Assembly: GCA_047495785.1 (NCBI GenBank)
Contig: JBLDXI010000042.1
Span: 806,001-870,000 of the forward strand
Source of the DNA: Lepidodermella squamata
Lineage: Eukaryota; Animalia; Gastrotricha
DNA length: 64,000 bases
Direction: 5' to 3'
Every line of letters begins with the position of its first letter. Position 1 is the first letter of the stretch. Of the stretch, positions 62,671-64,000 are shown piece by piece. Below the pieces are notes generated by a model that worked only from the letters and a program-made list of their open reading frames with translations, had not been told where the DNA came from and did no database searches. The position numbers and the translations under genes are program-made.

Positions 62671-63495
62671 TTCTCTTTACTGCACAATTGTTTCTTTATT
62701 TTGTCGTACATAAGAGCTTCTGATATTATCACAAAGTTTAACAGTTTATGAATTTTTACCAATGGGTCCTCATTTTACCGGAACGTAATTTACAGTGAGC
62801 TGAACCAATCTTTGGAATTTTCCAGTGGCCTGAAAGAAATATCGGATATTTCTTGAACGTCAAGAATGACCAGAATATATGCTTCTGACTAATTCACCAG
62901 CAAAACAGCGTAACATTCTCTAGACTCTAGACGATGTAGCGTTCAATTCAGGACTCATCGGGATTCGCCAGAAATTCGTAGAAATATTTAAAAATGACTA
63001 ATTAATGTGAAAGGTGGAACAATTGAGATTTGAGATGAAATATGAATTTTCCATAATTTGTTCGCACATAACCTGACTCTTTCTTTTTCTGGAATTCATC
63101 GAATCAATGGCATTGAACAATCATGGACCGATTTCGAGGCATAAGGCCTGTGGTTCTGTCAATGCCCGGATGCCCGGAAGTCCAACAACTACAGGGTTCC
63201 TATATATCGACCATATTTTAATGCAATTTGAGCCCATTTTCGGGTCAAAAATGCCCAAAAACAAAAAAGCGTCAGCTAAAGCTCGTCTCGCTCGCGATTT
63301 TTCAGGTAAACTAAAGTCCATGGAAGAAAGCCGCTTGCATTTTGTAACATTGTCAATGTATGAGAAACATATTGCATTGTTTTTATTTCCAAAATTTTTT
63401 TATAGCTCATAAAAAAAAAACATGTTGGTCAAGTTTTTAACTAGGATTAACTTTTCATTGTTCGATAGGGTTCAGCATTGTCGATGGCTATTGTT

Positions 63496-64000
63496 TCAGC
63501 GCATGCCCGGAACTGCGAAAGCGGCACAATTGATCTCGGCCAATCGCAACTCGCTAAAACTGACAATTTGGTTGAAAATGTTCACGCATGACACACTCCC
63601 ATTCAGCTGCTCTAGCGAATTAGACCATGATCTTGTAAAATGACCATCAGGCTGGTAAAATCTAGATTAACAAGAAGCGGAAACTTACCGCCCTAGAATG
63701 AATTGACCACTTTGTGTGACAGGCCGCTGGCCACTACCCACGGTAGTAATCTGGCTGTCGGCACGAAAATACGTTATAGTGCTGGTCTTAGCATGTATGA
63801 TAGCTAGAAACGACCAGCCTTTTTCCACATCAGTGGCGAAACTAAACGTGGATTGACCATAAGCCCGGATTTTGAAGGTTGAATTTTGTTCTGCTGTGAC
63901 TTTGAGTCCCAGAGTTGTTCCATCAGGAGCGAATTCGATTATCGGCATGTTCGATTGGCTTGACAATGTGGTCAAAAACGCGATGGTGAAACTGGTGGTG
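63496..64000 (-). CDS. 3' end of another B-like family member; 5' part lies beyond the right edge
   Basis: IIEFAPDGTTLGLKVTAE...GWSFLAI...SGQFILGR|SWSNSLEQLNGSVSCVNIFNQ...EINCAAFAVPGMR*. Confidence 0.85.

Overview
Eukaryotic, most likely invertebrate metazoan DNA: AT-rich, many ~45-70 nt GT-AG introns, dense in transposons. I cannot identify the species from sequence alone. The window is dominated by a tandem cluster of one secreted protein family that the ORF track mostly misses because it is split into small exons. By manual splicing each member has a signal peptide, then 6 or 12 copies of a ~40-aa four-cysteine repeat that I do not recognise (arranged in triplets bounded by phase-1 introns), then a lectin-fold head. 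The head is two tandem LamG/ConA-like domains ending EINCAAFxxPGMR* in most copies and a C-type lectin domain in one. There are four apparently intact copies (A1, A4, A5, B1), two full-start pseudogenes (A2, an apparent A4/A1 chimera, and A3, inverted), one copy cut by the right edge, and several orphan fragments. Also present are a 3-exon secreted double-knottin-like peptide gene, an intronless Cys-repeat/Ser-Thr-rich secreted gene, a frameshifted ABO-like GT6 exon, a CHST-type sulfotransferase exon, an ankyrin fragment, a decayed LINE, five different hAT-type insertions with perfect 8-bp TSDs, and other MITEs. All gene models were assembled by eye and need RNA-seq confirmation.
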